From IMG/VR virus record IMGVR_UViG_3300028840_007026, positions 1 to 64,000 of that record: DNA of 64,000 nucleotides. The stretch is one strand, 5' to 3'. Position 1 is the first letter of the stretch; every line of letters begins with the position of its first letter. The translations under genes and the position numbers were made by a program. Below, piece after piece: positions 1-10,200 of the stretch. The notes under the pieces were generated by a model. It was not told where the DNA came from. It saw only the letters and a program-made list of their open reading frames with translations, and made no database searches. Source of the DNA: a virus.

Positions 1-595
1 AAGTAATACTTTTATTCCCTATCCTTGTTACTTTATAAACCTGATCGCATATTGCTATTAGTTCATCATCATGGGAAACCATAATTACTTGTATTCCCAG
101 GTTGGTTGACAGGAACTTGAGCATTTGACCGGTTTTTGTAATTAGTTTCCCGGTAAAGCGAAACGGTTCATCCAGTAAAAGGACATTTCTTTTCCTTGGG
201 TTTTCCATGTGCCAGAGAATAATCTTTAAAGCAATGGAGATGACGTCTATAATGCCTCCTCCCATATCTTCTTTCGGGTCTAATTCCTGTCCATATTCTT
301 CTATAATTGGATAAGCATAGACCCGATTATTTTTACTTTCGAATCTCATCTTAAAAGAGAAGTCTCTATCTTCAAATACGGATTGTATAGCAAGTGTAAC
401 AAGATTCTCTATACGTTCCTTTGTCTCTTGTTGTGTTAGTTTTGAAACCTCTGTAAACACTGTCCTTGCCTTCTCATGAGCACTAATTTCCCTTTTTATA
501 GAGGCGATTTTGCCCTTTGAAGACCTCACGCTTTTTCTAACGAGAATCTTTTTTGCGATTAGACTATCGTAGAGTGCATAAACAGATGCTGTCAT
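1..595 (-). CDS. SbcC/Rad50-like ATPase, C-terminal half (runs off window edge; absent from ORF track)
   Basis: Manual translation from ATG 595: MTASVYALYDSL...coiled coil...DPKEDMGGG (signature-like), VLLLDEPF (Walker B/D-loop), IQVIMVSHD (H-loop); no stop before position 1. Confidence 0.85.
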   Translation of the reverse strand, partial: MTASVYALYDSLIAKKILVRKSVRSSKGKIASIKREISAHEKARTVFTEVSKLTQQETKERIENLVTLAIQSVFEDRDFSFKMRFESKNNRVYAYPIIEEYGQELDPKEDMGGGIIDVISIALKIILWHMENPRKRNVLLLDEPFRFTGKLITKTGQMLKFLSTNLGIQVIMVSHDDELIAICDQVYKVTRIGNKSIT

Positions 596-840
596 CTCAA
601 CTTCTCCTCTATTTTGGAAAGTTTCTTCTCAGCTCGGATAAGCAATTGCCTTTCCTTTAAAGAGAGTTTTTCAATCTTTTCAAAGAGAGTGTTCAATTGT
701 CGTTTAACATGATTTGGACTTAATCCATATTCTTTTATCTTTTTCTCATAACGTCTCAATTCATGTTCATAAACTTCGATGGTTGTTTGTGCAGCTTGTA
801 GTCTTGTCTGTAATGCTTTAATTCTCTGTTCGATTCCCAT
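592..840 (-). CDS. Small coiled-coil protein (82 aa) in the SbcCD locus
   Basis: Heptad-rich charged helix; overlaps both neighbouring genes. Confidence 0.7.
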   Translation of the reverse strand: MGIEQRIKALQTRLQAAQTTIEVYEHELRRYEKKIKEYGLSPNHVKRQLNTLFEKIEKLSLKERQLLIRAEKKLSKIEEKLR

Positions 841-1723
841 TTATAATCTCCATTATAATTTGTTTCACTCTTCTCTCTTTTATTTTTCTTATAAATTTTT
901 TTATTTTTTCTTTTCTCAGTTCTTTCGGATTGATATTTTTTAATGCTACAGTGAATGCTTCCAATTCACGTTTGGATATTTTCTTGGGATCGATGTGATC
1001 TCGAGTGAGTACTTCTTCTGGAGGTCGGCAAGGAATATAAACTTCTTCAAGTGAAAAATCATCTGAATCCCATACGAAAAATTTAGGATTGTGGCCGAAA
1101 TTATAACTATTTGCCTCTAACCTAAGTAGTGGACCAGTATTTACAAGTTGCCTACCGTTTATCTTGGCAGTAAAGGATCTATGGATATCTCCAACCAAGA
1201 TGAGATCATATCTATCATGCTTTTTAAGGAAGTACTTTGGATGTGTATAGTCGTGACCAGACCATTCCTCTTTTTCAGCAATTGATTTGTGTAGTACAAG
1301 GATATTCTTGTGATTTCTGGTCGGAGTTGGGATTTTCTCTCCCCAATTAGCTCCATAGATGGAAACATCTTCCATGGCGACCGGATCGGAACTAAGAGGG
1401 GAGATCATCCCAGACCTGATTAGGGTAAGCATAGTTGTTGGAGCTTGAGAAGTTTTGGAACGCAAATACATATCGTGTTGTCCAAATACTGTCATGAATG
1501 GTATTTTATATAACTTGAGTTTTACCATGTAGTAATCAAGGACTGTCCAACTTCTCGATTGATCTGACAAATCTCCAGCTTGGAGAATTGCATCGATTTC
1601 TTTTTCAACAGCATAGTTGAGAATGAAAGAAAATTTACTATCAAACGTTTCTGATATGTTGTCTTTTCTTGCTACCGGAATCTTATCAGTAGCATGGATA
1701 TCACTTAGTAACAGAAATTTCAT
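818..1723 (-). CDS. sbcD: SbcD/Mre11-like metallophosphoesterase nuclease
   Basis: SDIH, AGDL, GQHD, LVLH and GDIH motifs. Confidence 0.9.
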   Translation of the reverse strand: MKFLLLSDIHATDKIPVARKDNISETFDSKFSFILNYAVEKEIDAILQAGDLSDQSRSWTVLDYYMVKLKLYKIPFMTVFGQHDMYLRSKTSQAPTTMLTLIRSGMISPLSSDPVAMEDVSIYGANWGEKIPTPTRNHKNILVLHKSIAEKEEWSGHDYTHPKYFLKKHDRYDLILVGDIHRSFTAKINGRQLVNTGPLLRLEANSYNFGHNPKFFVWDSDDFSLEEVYIPCRPPEEVLTRDHIDPKKISKRELEAFTVALKNINPKELRKEKIKKFIRKIKERRVKQIIMEIINGNRTEN

Positions 1724-2651
1724 TTCTCAACCTCATAACCGTTGATTGTTTTATTGGACTAAGACAGATTGGGCATTTACGGGCATTTTTCAATTCTTCA
1801 ATAAACTCATTTGCCCGTTTTTTTACTTCTATTTTACTCGCTCTGATTGATTTTTTAATTTCCTGATACTTCTCAAGTACTTCGCACTGTTCATCTATCA
1901 ATTCGATTTCGGAACTAACCTTATTCAGTTCATCTATTATGCTGCGAAGTCCTAATACCTTTTTCTCACATTTAATCTTTAGTTTTATATCTTGAATTGT
2001 GGAATAATTTTCTTTCAGCCGGTCGTATTTCTTCTCAGCTTTTAATCGTTCTTTTTTGAACATGTTTGCTTCAAATAAAATTGGTTCAACATCTTCCAAT
2101 CCATCCATTTTATCAAGAACGATTAAACTTTTTTCTAATTCTACTTCAAAAACGGTTTTCTCAGCTTTCAAAGTTCTCAATTTTGAATTGACAGTATTAA
2201 TCCACTCATCGAAGTCATCCATACCAGTAGCAGCATTAATAACCTTGGAAACTTCTGATGGTTTAGAAGTTACAAGAAATGGTGGATCAAACTGGTCTTG
2301 AAAATTGATTTCTGAAATGTTGAGAGCTTGTGTAATTTCATCAGGAACTTGTCTACCGAATTTTCTAAATTTATTGCCGTTTAAGGAGTACTCTGCTACG
2401 CCTTTCCCCTTTTTAATGGAGACGGTAGAATTCTCCTTGGTAGTTACTTCTACCTCCGCGATTAATTTTTCATCCTTATTCCGTACAAAGCCAATTCCCG
2501 CCGGTTGAAGGAAGATTAAGAGACGTAATGCTCTTAGGATGTTTGTTTTCCCGGATTGGGATACACCTATAATTCCATTGATCCCAGGACAGAAATTAAA
2601 GCTTGCATTTTCGTATGACCTGAAGTTTCGCAACTTTACTGACGGTACCAT
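1701..2651 (-). CDS. SbcC/Rad50-like ATPase, N-terminal half ending at the zinc hook
   Basis: LRNFRSY, Walker A GVSQSGKT, Q-loop FQDQ, coiled coil, CPIC near the C-terminus; likely start MVPSVK. Confidence 0.85.
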   Translation of the reverse strand: MVPSVKLRNFRSYENASFNFCPGINGIIGVSQSGKTNILRALRLLIFLQPAGIGFVRNKDEKLIAEVEVTTKENSTVSIKKGKGVAEYSLNGNKFRKFGRQVPDEITQALNISEINFQDQFDPPFLVTSKPSEVSKVINAATGMDDFDEWINTVNSKLRTLKAEKTVFEVELEKSLIVLDKMDGLEDVEPILFEANMFKKERLKAEKKYDRLKENYSTIQDIKLKIKCEKKVLGLRSIIDELNKVSSEIELIDEQCEVLEKYQEIKKSIRASKIEVKKRANEFIEELKNARKCPICLSPIKQSTVMRLRNEISVTK

Positions 2652-2907
2652 ATTTTCTTTCCTTATGTTCTCTGTTCTCAATAAAGTTTTTTTGCCCGTT
2701 GAAAACCTTCCACGCGTCCCGGTAGTATCTCACTTTATGGATGTACGCTCTATGCTTTTGAATATCGTCAATTAGTCTGTTGAGTTTTACTCTCAACCGT
2801 TCTCCGGGAGTATCCATCCCTTTGTCGAACTTTTTTGCATCTTCTTCCATCTCTTCTAACTTGGATTGGAAATATTTTACCATTGCATACGAACTAAATT
2901 TCTCCAT
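2596..2907 (-). CDS. Hypothetical protein (103 aa)
   Basis: ORF coupled to the upstream stop, with AGGAG RBS. Confidence 0.6.
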   Translation of the reverse strand: MEKFSSYAMVKYFQSKLEEMEEDAKKFDKGMDTPGERLRVKLNRLIDDIQKHRAYIHKVRYYRDAWKVFNGQKNFIENREHKERKYGTVSKVAKLQVIRKCKL

Positions 2908-3896
2908 TACTCATCTCCTTTTAAAAAAATAGTTTTCCACTTCTCCCATTTCTCGGGCTTTAAAAAGGAATAGAGCCCATACAATTCGAAGACTGACATA
3001 AACTTATTTTTTTCAAACTTATTTCGCTTTATTAATAAACGAGACAAGTCCTCTTCACGATAAGGAGTAGTTACAATTGGTAGATTAGTTTTGATGATCG
3101 CTTTCCCGTCTTCACTTTCAATGCGATCAAATACTTTCCCTTTTGTCAATTTTCCATTCAAATACTTTAACCCCATTGACGTAGCTTTTTTTGGATCTGC
3201 TACCCCCTTAATTCCACGAACATTATCACTGTCACATCCACCGATTGCTTTTGCCAGAGCCCACTTATTTGGTTTTATGCAGTAATCACTTTTCAACTTC
3301 TCCTTGGTAAAAATTTTTTTAGTAGTTGGATCGAAAATTGAGCAACAATCAAGACATTGATACATATCCATATCTCTTGTTACCATAACAACATCGGAAC
3401 ACGTACTGAGACGCCGTGAGAAGACGGCGAGAAGGTCATCGGCTTCAAAACCGGGAACCATATAACTATTCGAGAATCCAAGCTTAGGGACAACGAGATT
3501 GCGTAGTTCTTCCCTCTGTTTTATAACGGATTTTTGTTGTTCGATTTCTTCTGGAGTCATATCTCTATTTCTACGATGTTCCTTGTATCCCCTGTAATCT
3601 TGCTCCCTGTAAGTCCATTCAGAATCCCAGCAAAAGAAAAATCTTTTTGTATTGAACTTTTCAGCTATTAGCAATAATTTTGACAGGAAACCAAATATGA
3701 CACCAGTTTCTTTCCCATTATAAGACAAATTTCCATATGAGTAAAAGGCAGCATACGTTAGAGCAGAGCAATCTACAACGATTGCATTAGAATCTTTTCT
3801 TACGAGCTTCGACTTCCTTTTCGAATTCTCTTTCGACTGCTCTCCACTTTTTTTCTGTGAGGGCCACCATTTCATCTTCCAATCCTTTTTTCTCAA
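2907..3896 (-). CDS. 5'-3' exonuclease / flap endonuclease (PolI N-terminal or T4 RNase H-like); start uncertain
   Basis: IVVD, YRGYK..R, EADD, TRDMD, GGCDSDNVRGIKG motifs. Confidence 0.9.
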   Translation of the reverse strand: MRKKDWKMKWWPSQKKSGEQSKENSKRKSKLVRKDSNAIVVDCSALTYAAFYSYGNLSYNGKETGVIFGFLSKLLLIAEKFNTKRFFFCWDSEWTYREQDYRGYKEHRRNRDMTPEEIEQQKSVIKQREELRNLVVPKLGFSNSYMVPGFEADDLLAVFSRRLSTCSDVVMVTRDMDMYQCLDCCSIFDPTTKKIFTKEKLKSDYCIKPNKWALAKAIGGCDSDNVRGIKGVADPKKATSMGLKYLNGKLTKGKVFDRIESEDGKAIIKTNLPIVTTPYREEDLSRLLIKRNKFEKNKFMSVFELYGLYSFLKPEKWEKWKTIFLKGDE

Positions 3897-4896
3897 TGTA
3901 TTTTATAAAAGCATTACGATCACTGAATTTCCTTTGCCCGTCAATTGTCATTTTTTGTTTTTTGGTAAAAACGTATTCTACCATTCCGGAAATATCATCG
4001 ATTCCGTAATCAAAAAGGATATTGAAGTTTGCTTCCCTAAATGGTTTTGCAACTTTACTTCTTTCAACCTTTGCAGCAGAGCGGATTCCAAATACTCTTT
4101 TTTCTCCCAATTTCACCTTTGCCATTTTTTCAATTTCACGAATCCATGCAACTTGGTGAGTATAGAAATCCAATGCTTTCCCACCTGCGCGATAGGTTTT
4201 CTTCCCAAATTTGGCTCCGATTTTTACTCTCACTTGGCTGACAATGAAAAGTGTAGCATCCTTTTCGTTACGTTCCATTTGGCCTGAAATTTTGGAAAAG
4301 AATTTACTTGCAAACTTTTGTTTTTCTACCTGCATTGAACCTTTTTCTTCTTTGTTTTCAGCAATCGCTTCATCGAAACGTTTATGTGCTTCCATACTGT
4401 CGATGGCGTCCCATGAATCTATAATGTAAAGTAGAAATTCTCCCTTTTTTAAATTTCTCATTCTCTTGGCATAGTCACGGCAAGTTTCTTCAATACTTTT
4501 AATGCAAACCCATTCCACTGCAGCCTCAAATTCTTCCCCATACATAAGTTCAATAGGGAAGTCCATTGCTCCTTCAGCATTATTGTAAACAATAGTAATT
4601 TTTTTGATCTTAGCGAAGTTTTTCGATTTGATTTTTTTGATGTTTTTGAAACACCAGAAGGCGAGTTCAAGGGCACAAACTGTTTTCCCACTACTACCGT
4701 CACCAACTATGTTTAGAATTCTTGCTCTTGCCCATCCACCGGAATTTCCAATGCCACTAAGAGCAAGGTTGAAATTGGTTGAACCAGAACTGAGAAATTC
4801 TACCCTTTCAACTTTTTTTACTCGTTTTTTGATTCCATTAGAAACACTATCGGCCATCGACCGGACTGGGGTTTTTCTTTTCTTTAATTTTCTCAT
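3787..4896 (-). CDS. recA: RecA/UvsX-like recombinase
   Basis: SSGS..NLALSG..GG, Walker A GDGSSGKT, IIDS, SQVR, GGKALDFY, KVAKPFREA. Confidence 0.9.
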   Translation of the reverse strand: MRKLKKRKTPVRSMADSVSNGIKKRVKKVERVEFLSSGSTNFNLALSGIGNSGGWARARILNIVGDGSSGKTVCALELAFWCFKNIKKIKSKNFAKIKKITIVYNNAEGAMDFPIELMYGEEFEAAVEWVCIKSIEETCRDYAKRMRNLKKGEFLLYIIDSWDAIDSMEAHKRFDEAIAENKEEKGSMQVEKQKFASKFFSKISGQMERNEKDATLFIVSQVRVKIGAKFGKKTYRAGGKALDFYTHQVAWIREIEKMAKVKLGEKRVFGIRSAAKVERSKVAKPFREANFNILFDYGIDDISGMVEYVFTKKQKMTIDGQRKFSDRNAFIKYIEKKGLEDEMVALTEKKWRAVEREFEKEVEARKKRF

Positions 4897-4918
4897 GGAA
4901 GTTCCTCTTATGGTGGGA

Positions 4919-4986
4919 TGTGGGGGGAGCAAGGGCTGATGAGAATGGAGGATTTTTTTAGGTTCCCTTTTGGTGCTCCCCCCACA
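4919..4986 (-). terminator. 13-bp inverted repeat downstream of SSB (terminator or processing stem)
   Basis: tgtggggggagca ... tgctccccccaca with a large loop; no clear U-tract. Confidence 0.45.
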
Positions 4987-5003
4987 ATTTGTAAGGAATG
5001 AAG

Positions 5004-6203
5004 TTATTCGAGTCCTAATTCTGCAATAATTTCATCCCTAAGATCGTCTGCATCTTTTCGTGAGAAGTCCTCAAGGTCAATATCCAAGGCCTCCTCTTCC
5101 ACAAGCTTTTTCAACTTGCGGAAATTCATCTCTTCGATTTCTTCGACGGTGTAATCCGGTTCGTCGTCGTCATCATCGTCGTCGTCATCATCGTCGTACT
5201 CTGCTTCCAATGCTTCTTTTATGTTGTCAACGTTTCTTGAGAAGAACCTTTTCCCTCCTTTGATCTTAACGTCCAATCCGTTGTCTTCGCAGAAGTCCCG
5301 GAGTTCGTCGTTGTCCTCAAGATCATCCAGCTCAGAAAGCAGATCCCGAAGAGTATTGTCTTCGCTATCACCACTATCGTCATCACTATCATCATTACGA
5401 TTACTACCGCTACGACCGAAAAACATTTTTTTAATGTCTTCATAAGAATGAATCTCCACTATTTCATCCAGGCAATGAGCGGAATCCAGGAGATCGTCGG
5501 ATATGGTGTAATCCCTTTCATCAAAGGAATGAGCGACATACTCTGCGAAGTCATCCTTACTCTGTGCCGGTTCAATTGTAAATGAAATACTCTTCCCCTC
5601 TTCTTCATCAAAGAAAAGGATATTTTGTTCATCACGTCCACCACGAGTAGGCTTTTTGGAGAGAGTGATAATGTGTTTCTGGAAGTAGTGATTACTCACA
5701 TCCCAAACTTGAACACCTTTTTTCTCCTCTCCCCTGTCGTAGCAAACAATGTTGTAAATGTAACGCTCCTTGGGGAACAACGGTTTAACCATCTTCTCCC
5801 AATCGGAACCATTATCAATTAACCGTTGTCGCTCTTCACAGATCGGGCAATCCTTTCCCCATGTTTTCAACGGACAAATAACCAATTTGTTTCCCGGCCC
5901 GACATTGCGATGCAGGAAGTAGCGGAATGTGTAGTGGACTTCTCCCGGTTCATCACCGTCAACGTTGTACTTCCCAACCTCATAGGGAATAATGTCGATA
6001 ATGTGAGAGCCATCTCCCGGACGCCATATGGTAACATCGGCGTCACCCCTGATCACCCCCATACCGCCTTCAGCTTGCTGCTGGGACTTCTTCATGCGGT
6101 CCAAAAGCTTGTTCTTCTGGAACCGCCGGTTTTTGTTTCTTCCACGAGTTGATCTTTTTTTGCGGTCTAATCCCTTCTTTCTTTTTTTACTTTTTCTCGA
6201 CAT
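5004..6203 (-). CDS. gp32-like single-stranded DNA-binding protein with long acidic C-terminus
   Basis: H...CPLKTWGKDCPICE Zn motif, RYIYNIV, GVQVWD; D/E-rich tail; lies next to RecA. Confidence 0.8.
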   Translation of the reverse strand: MSRKSKKRKKGLDRKKRSTRGRNKNRRFQKNKLLDRMKKSQQQAEGGMGVIRGDADVTIWRPGDGSHIIDIIPYEVGKYNVDGDEPGEVHYTFRYFLHRNVGPGNKLVICPLKTWGKDCPICEERQRLIDNGSDWEKMVKPLFPKERYIYNIVCYDRGEEKKGVQVWDVSNHYFQKHIITLSKKPTRGGRDEQNILFFDEEEGKSISFTIEPAQSKDDFAEYVAHSFDERDYTISDDLLDSAHCLDEIVEIHSYEDIKKMFFGRSGSNRNDDSDDDSGDSEDNTLRDLLSELDDLEDNDELRDFCEDNGLDVKIKGGKRFFSRNVDNIKEALEAEYDDDDDDDDDDDEPDYTVEEIEEMNFRKLKKLVEEEALDIDLEDFSRKDADDLRDEIIAELGLE

Positions 6204-6348
6204 TTTTTTCTCCTTCGTTGACGTTAGTCATTGCTTCCCTAAATGATTTGAAAAATGCGAAACTTCCGACTCTGACTACTATGTAAAAGAAAATTAATCC
6301 AATGACAATACTCATGCCGTAACCAGCAATTTGTATAAGTTTATCCAT
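6187..6348 (-). CDS. Small single-TM protein (53 aa; absent from ORF track)
   Basis: MDKLIQIAGYGMSIVIGLIFFYIVVRVGSFAFFKSF...; GAGG RBS; fills the gap between genes. Confidence 0.6.
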   Translation of the reverse strand: MDKLIQIAGYGMSIVIGLIFFYIVVRVGSFAFFKSFREAMTNVNEGEKNVEKK

Positions 6349-6838
6349 ATCCTCTTCGCCTCCTTAATTTTCTTTTTTCCCTAACTCGATCAATTAGGGT
6401 TTTCTCAACTACCCTTTGTCGAGTTCTGGAATCCGTATTTGGATCAGCGAAGTAGAATTGTGCGTTAGTTTTGACAAGCCCTTCAAGGGAAGATTTCCTA
6501 TGTTCAAAGGCTCGTTCAGCTTTACTCAAAAGCTTTTCAATTCTCAATGCTTCCAGGTAACGTTTGAACATTTTTTTAACTTTAGAGTTCACCACTACAG
6601 TTGCGCGAACCATTGCTTCTGTTGGTTTATCTGGAAGATCGTAGAGTGCAGGATGTTTTCTCACCCTTAGTTCTATCTCAGCTTTCATTACGTCGTATTT
6701 GTCTTTTGCAGCCGTCGTATCAACCGAAGCAGATGCTGCCATTTTAGCCCAATCGTAAAAAAGCTGAGGTTGTCTAATCAGTTCTTCAACTAAATTAGAT
6801 TTCTCAATATCAATGTCTGTTTCGAAATCTCTACTCAT
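6341..6838 (-). CDS. UvsY-like recombination mediator
   Basis: Helical; IDIEKSNLVEELIRQPQLFYDW, KPTEAMV, AFEHRKSSL resemble phage UvsY-like proteins; next to SSB/RecA. Confidence 0.6.
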   Translation of the reverse strand: MSRDFETDIDIEKSNLVEELIRQPQLFYDWAKMAASASVDTTAAKDKYDVMKAEIELRVRKHPALYDLPDKPTEAMVRATVVVNSKVKKMFKRYLEALRIEKLLSKAERAFEHRKSSLEGLVKTNAQFYFADPNTDSRTRQRVVEKTLIDRVREKRKLRRRRGYG

Positions 6839-7227
6839 TCTTTATACTCCCAACCTTCCATTTTGTCGGCGAGATATTGGCAGTAATGGCATATTTTGAA
6901 CAAATCGAGAAGTTGCTGTCCTTCTCCTTTTACTTTTTCAACTTTCCCCAATCGCTTGAAGTAATGACTCATCTTTCCGATGATTTGTTCTGTATTCATC
7001 CCTTCCATGTGTTCATCCGGCCAGTCACCGTAGAGTTCAACCACATAGTCCCTAATGTGGTCCCTAACTTTTTGGGAGAACTTCATCCATCTCCATTCTT
7101 TGGTTGAAATATTAAGTGACTTTCGTACTTCGTCTTGCCTCTCATCAAAAGTCATACCTTCATCAAAGGTAGAATAACTCATGCCGCCATGAGATTCACC
7201 AGATGCTGCTACGTCTTCTTTCCCCAT
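6835..7227 (-). CDS. Hypothetical protein (130 aa)
   Basis: ORF with RBS, coupled to the downstream gene. Confidence 0.6.
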   Translation of the reverse strand: MGKEDVAASGESHGGMSYSTFDEGMTFDERQDEVRKSLNISTKEWRWMKFSQKVRDHIRDYVVELYGDWPDEHMEGMNTEQIIGKMSHYFKRLGKVEKVKGEGQQLLDLFKICHYCQYLADKMEGWEYKE

Positions 7228-7271
7228 TTTCTTCCCCCTTTTATTTGTTTAGTTTATTATAACCTGTGAAA

Positions 7272-10200
7272 CTATTTTTTAGGAAACTTTAGTTGTTTGA
7301 GAAGTTCCTTAAATCTTTTCATACCAGCGTCATAATAAATTTTATTGTCCGGATTATGCATAGTAGCGGCAGGATGTAAGCAGTAAACAACCCATGCACC
7401 AAAGTATTCATTCCATATTACTTTTCCTGAGATGTTGGTAATCCCCGATTTTTGATTGCGAAAGAATTGTAAACCAGTGTTGCCAAAAGAAAGTATTACA
7501 ATCGGTTTTACTTCTTTTAATTCATTGACAAGCCATAGTTGGGAACATGTTTTTATCTGTTCCGGAGATGGTTTTCTGCTATCTGAAGGGAAGCATTTGA
7601 CTATATTGGAAACGTGGAAAAGTTCTCTTTTATATGATCTCAATGTCTTCCAAATCATGTTTCCACTTCTACCAACAAAACCTTCCCTTTGTTCATCTTC
7701 ATCTTTCCCAGGTGCTTCCCCAATTATTGCGACTGGGTACTTCCCTGGACTTGGTGGAACCGGTGCTTTACATTCATTTCTAAGGTCACATTTTTCACAT
7801 AATCCAAACTTCCTATGAGATGAAAAACTTCTACTTCTCCACAATTTTTTTCTGTTTACAAGTTGTCTGAGAACTTTAGAATCCCCGTTGAGTGCCGGAT
7901 CAAGTTTGTCCAGACGTAAGTTGTTTTCAAACAACCTATATAATTTTTTATACTCTACTTTTGGATTTGTTACAATTCTAAATTTAAAAAGGTCTTTGAT
8001 TGATCTTGTTATCTCAGGATTGTGAGGATCATATGCACCAATTTTATCGAGAAGTCCACCAAACTTGCCACCAATTTTTACTACCTGATTTTTCTTTTTC
8101 TTGCCAAAAAACTTTTTGATATTTCCCTGTGGTTTATCCCCTATTCCTGATGCTGCTTGAATTGCTTTCTTTTCACCAATCCCTTTTACTTCTATGAAAG
8201 GGATATATAAACAATCTTGATTTGCTTCCCAATTGATCGCTTGACTCTTCCCTACTTTGGGTAGCATTATTCTTAGACCGAGTTTATATGCTTCTTCAAT
8301 GATTTCTTTTTTCTTCCCTTCAGCACCAAAGGTAAGGGAAGCACAAACAAACTCTGTGGGGTAGTATAACTTCAACCATGAACACCAGTATGCGAGAATT
8401 GCGTATTCGACAGAGTGACTCTTATTAAAACCATATAGAGCCCACTTCTCTAAACCCGACCAAAACTTCAACGCTTCTGATTTATTGAAATATCCAGTTT
8501 TTCTACAACCACGAACAAACATATCCTTGTACTTCCCGAATTCCTTGACACTACGTTTTTTACCGATAATTTTTCTAACCTTGTCGGCTGTTGAATAAGG
8601 GAGTCCAGCCATTTTTGAAATAACTTGCATCACCTGTTCTTGGTAGACGAGCAGTCCGTAAGTATCTTTGGTGATCTTCTCATATTCTTTATGCATGGGT
8701 TCCCATTTTGCACCATGCTTTCTTCTAATATATTCAGCAGTCATTCCTGAATTGGCTGGTCCTGGTCTGACAAGTGCTACCGCGTCGGATATATGGTTGA
8801 AACTTTCTACTCCCATTTCCATGATAAGTGATGTCATGGCATATGTTCCAAGTTGGAATACTCCAGTAGTTTTACCATCACTTATTTCTTTGAAAACCTT
8901 TTTATCGTTTAAATCTATTTTCTCAAGATTAATTTCTCTACTGTAATTTCTTCTAATTAATTTTTTTGTTTCACTGAGAATAGATAGTAATTTTAAACCA
9001 AGTGCATCCAGTTTCATCAATCCAACATATTCTGTATCTTCCTTTTCCCAATTTACTATCGACAATCCTTCTTGAGTTCTCAGATTACATCGACCGCTTG
9101 TTCCTATAGGTTCACGGGAAATAACAAGTGCTGCTGCATGCTGTCCATATCCTCTTACTTGACCTTCAAGTTGTTTGGCGTAAGTAATTACTTTTGGATA
9201 CTTGGCAGCATATTCAGCGCACTCTGAATAGGCTTCAATCGCGTCATGGATACCAGTATGATCGTCATTGTCTTCAACAAGTTTTGTAAATGCTTCCGTT
9301 TCAGACCAATGAACCCCAAAAGCCCTACCAACATCCTTTAAAACTGCTTTCGCTTTCATACGGTTAAAACTACTCACGGCAGCTACCTTTTCATGTCCAT
9401 AAACAGTTTCTAAATGCTGCCGGACAAGGTGTCGTTTGGTATGTTCAAAATCAATATCTATATCAGGGTAGTCGATCCTATCTTTGTTGATGAAACGAGA
9501 AAAAATCAAATCATGTTCTATCGAATTGACGGAAGTAATTCCAAGCAAATAAGCCATTATACTACCGCCGACAGAGCCGCGACCAGGACCAACGAGAATA
9601 TTATTCTCCTTGCACCAATTAACCGTTTCCCAAACCATTAGAAAGTACCGTTCAAATTTCTTTTCTATGATTAGATCATACTCTTCCTTTAAACGGTTGT
9701 AGTAAAGCTTATCTCTTTTAATATTTTTAGCATGTCCGCATTTCTCAACGTAACCTTTGTTGCAAAGGTCCCAAAGAAAAGCTCTTGCTTTACTCGGATT
9801 TATCGGCACGTTAGGAACCCGAGGTAAGGCGATATCTTGTTTAGCTATGGTAAACCCTGAGCACTTTTCAGCAACTTCCAAAGTATTCCTCAAATACTCC
9901 CTTCTAAACTTGTGTTTGTTATTTTTAAATGTGAGTTCCATTTCTTTTGCTTTTTTCAAATACAACCCTTTGATAGAAAAACGGAACCGATTCGGATCAT
10001 CCATTTTCGCTTTTCTCTGAATAGCGAGTAAAACTTCCTGAGCTTTATGGTGCCACCGTCTAACGTAATGGCAATCGTTAGTAGCAAGTACTTTAATTCC
10101 ATATTTTCTGGCGAGTTTTATTGCTTCTTTATTCCATGAAAATTGCTTTTTGATGTCATGGGGCATTACTTCAACATACAAGTCATTTCCAATAGAATCG

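Noticed and set aside
4936-4943. CTGATGAG on the plus strand as an eighth hammerhead
   Set aside because: No suitably placed GAAA, stem III or NUH, and it is antisense to the operon.
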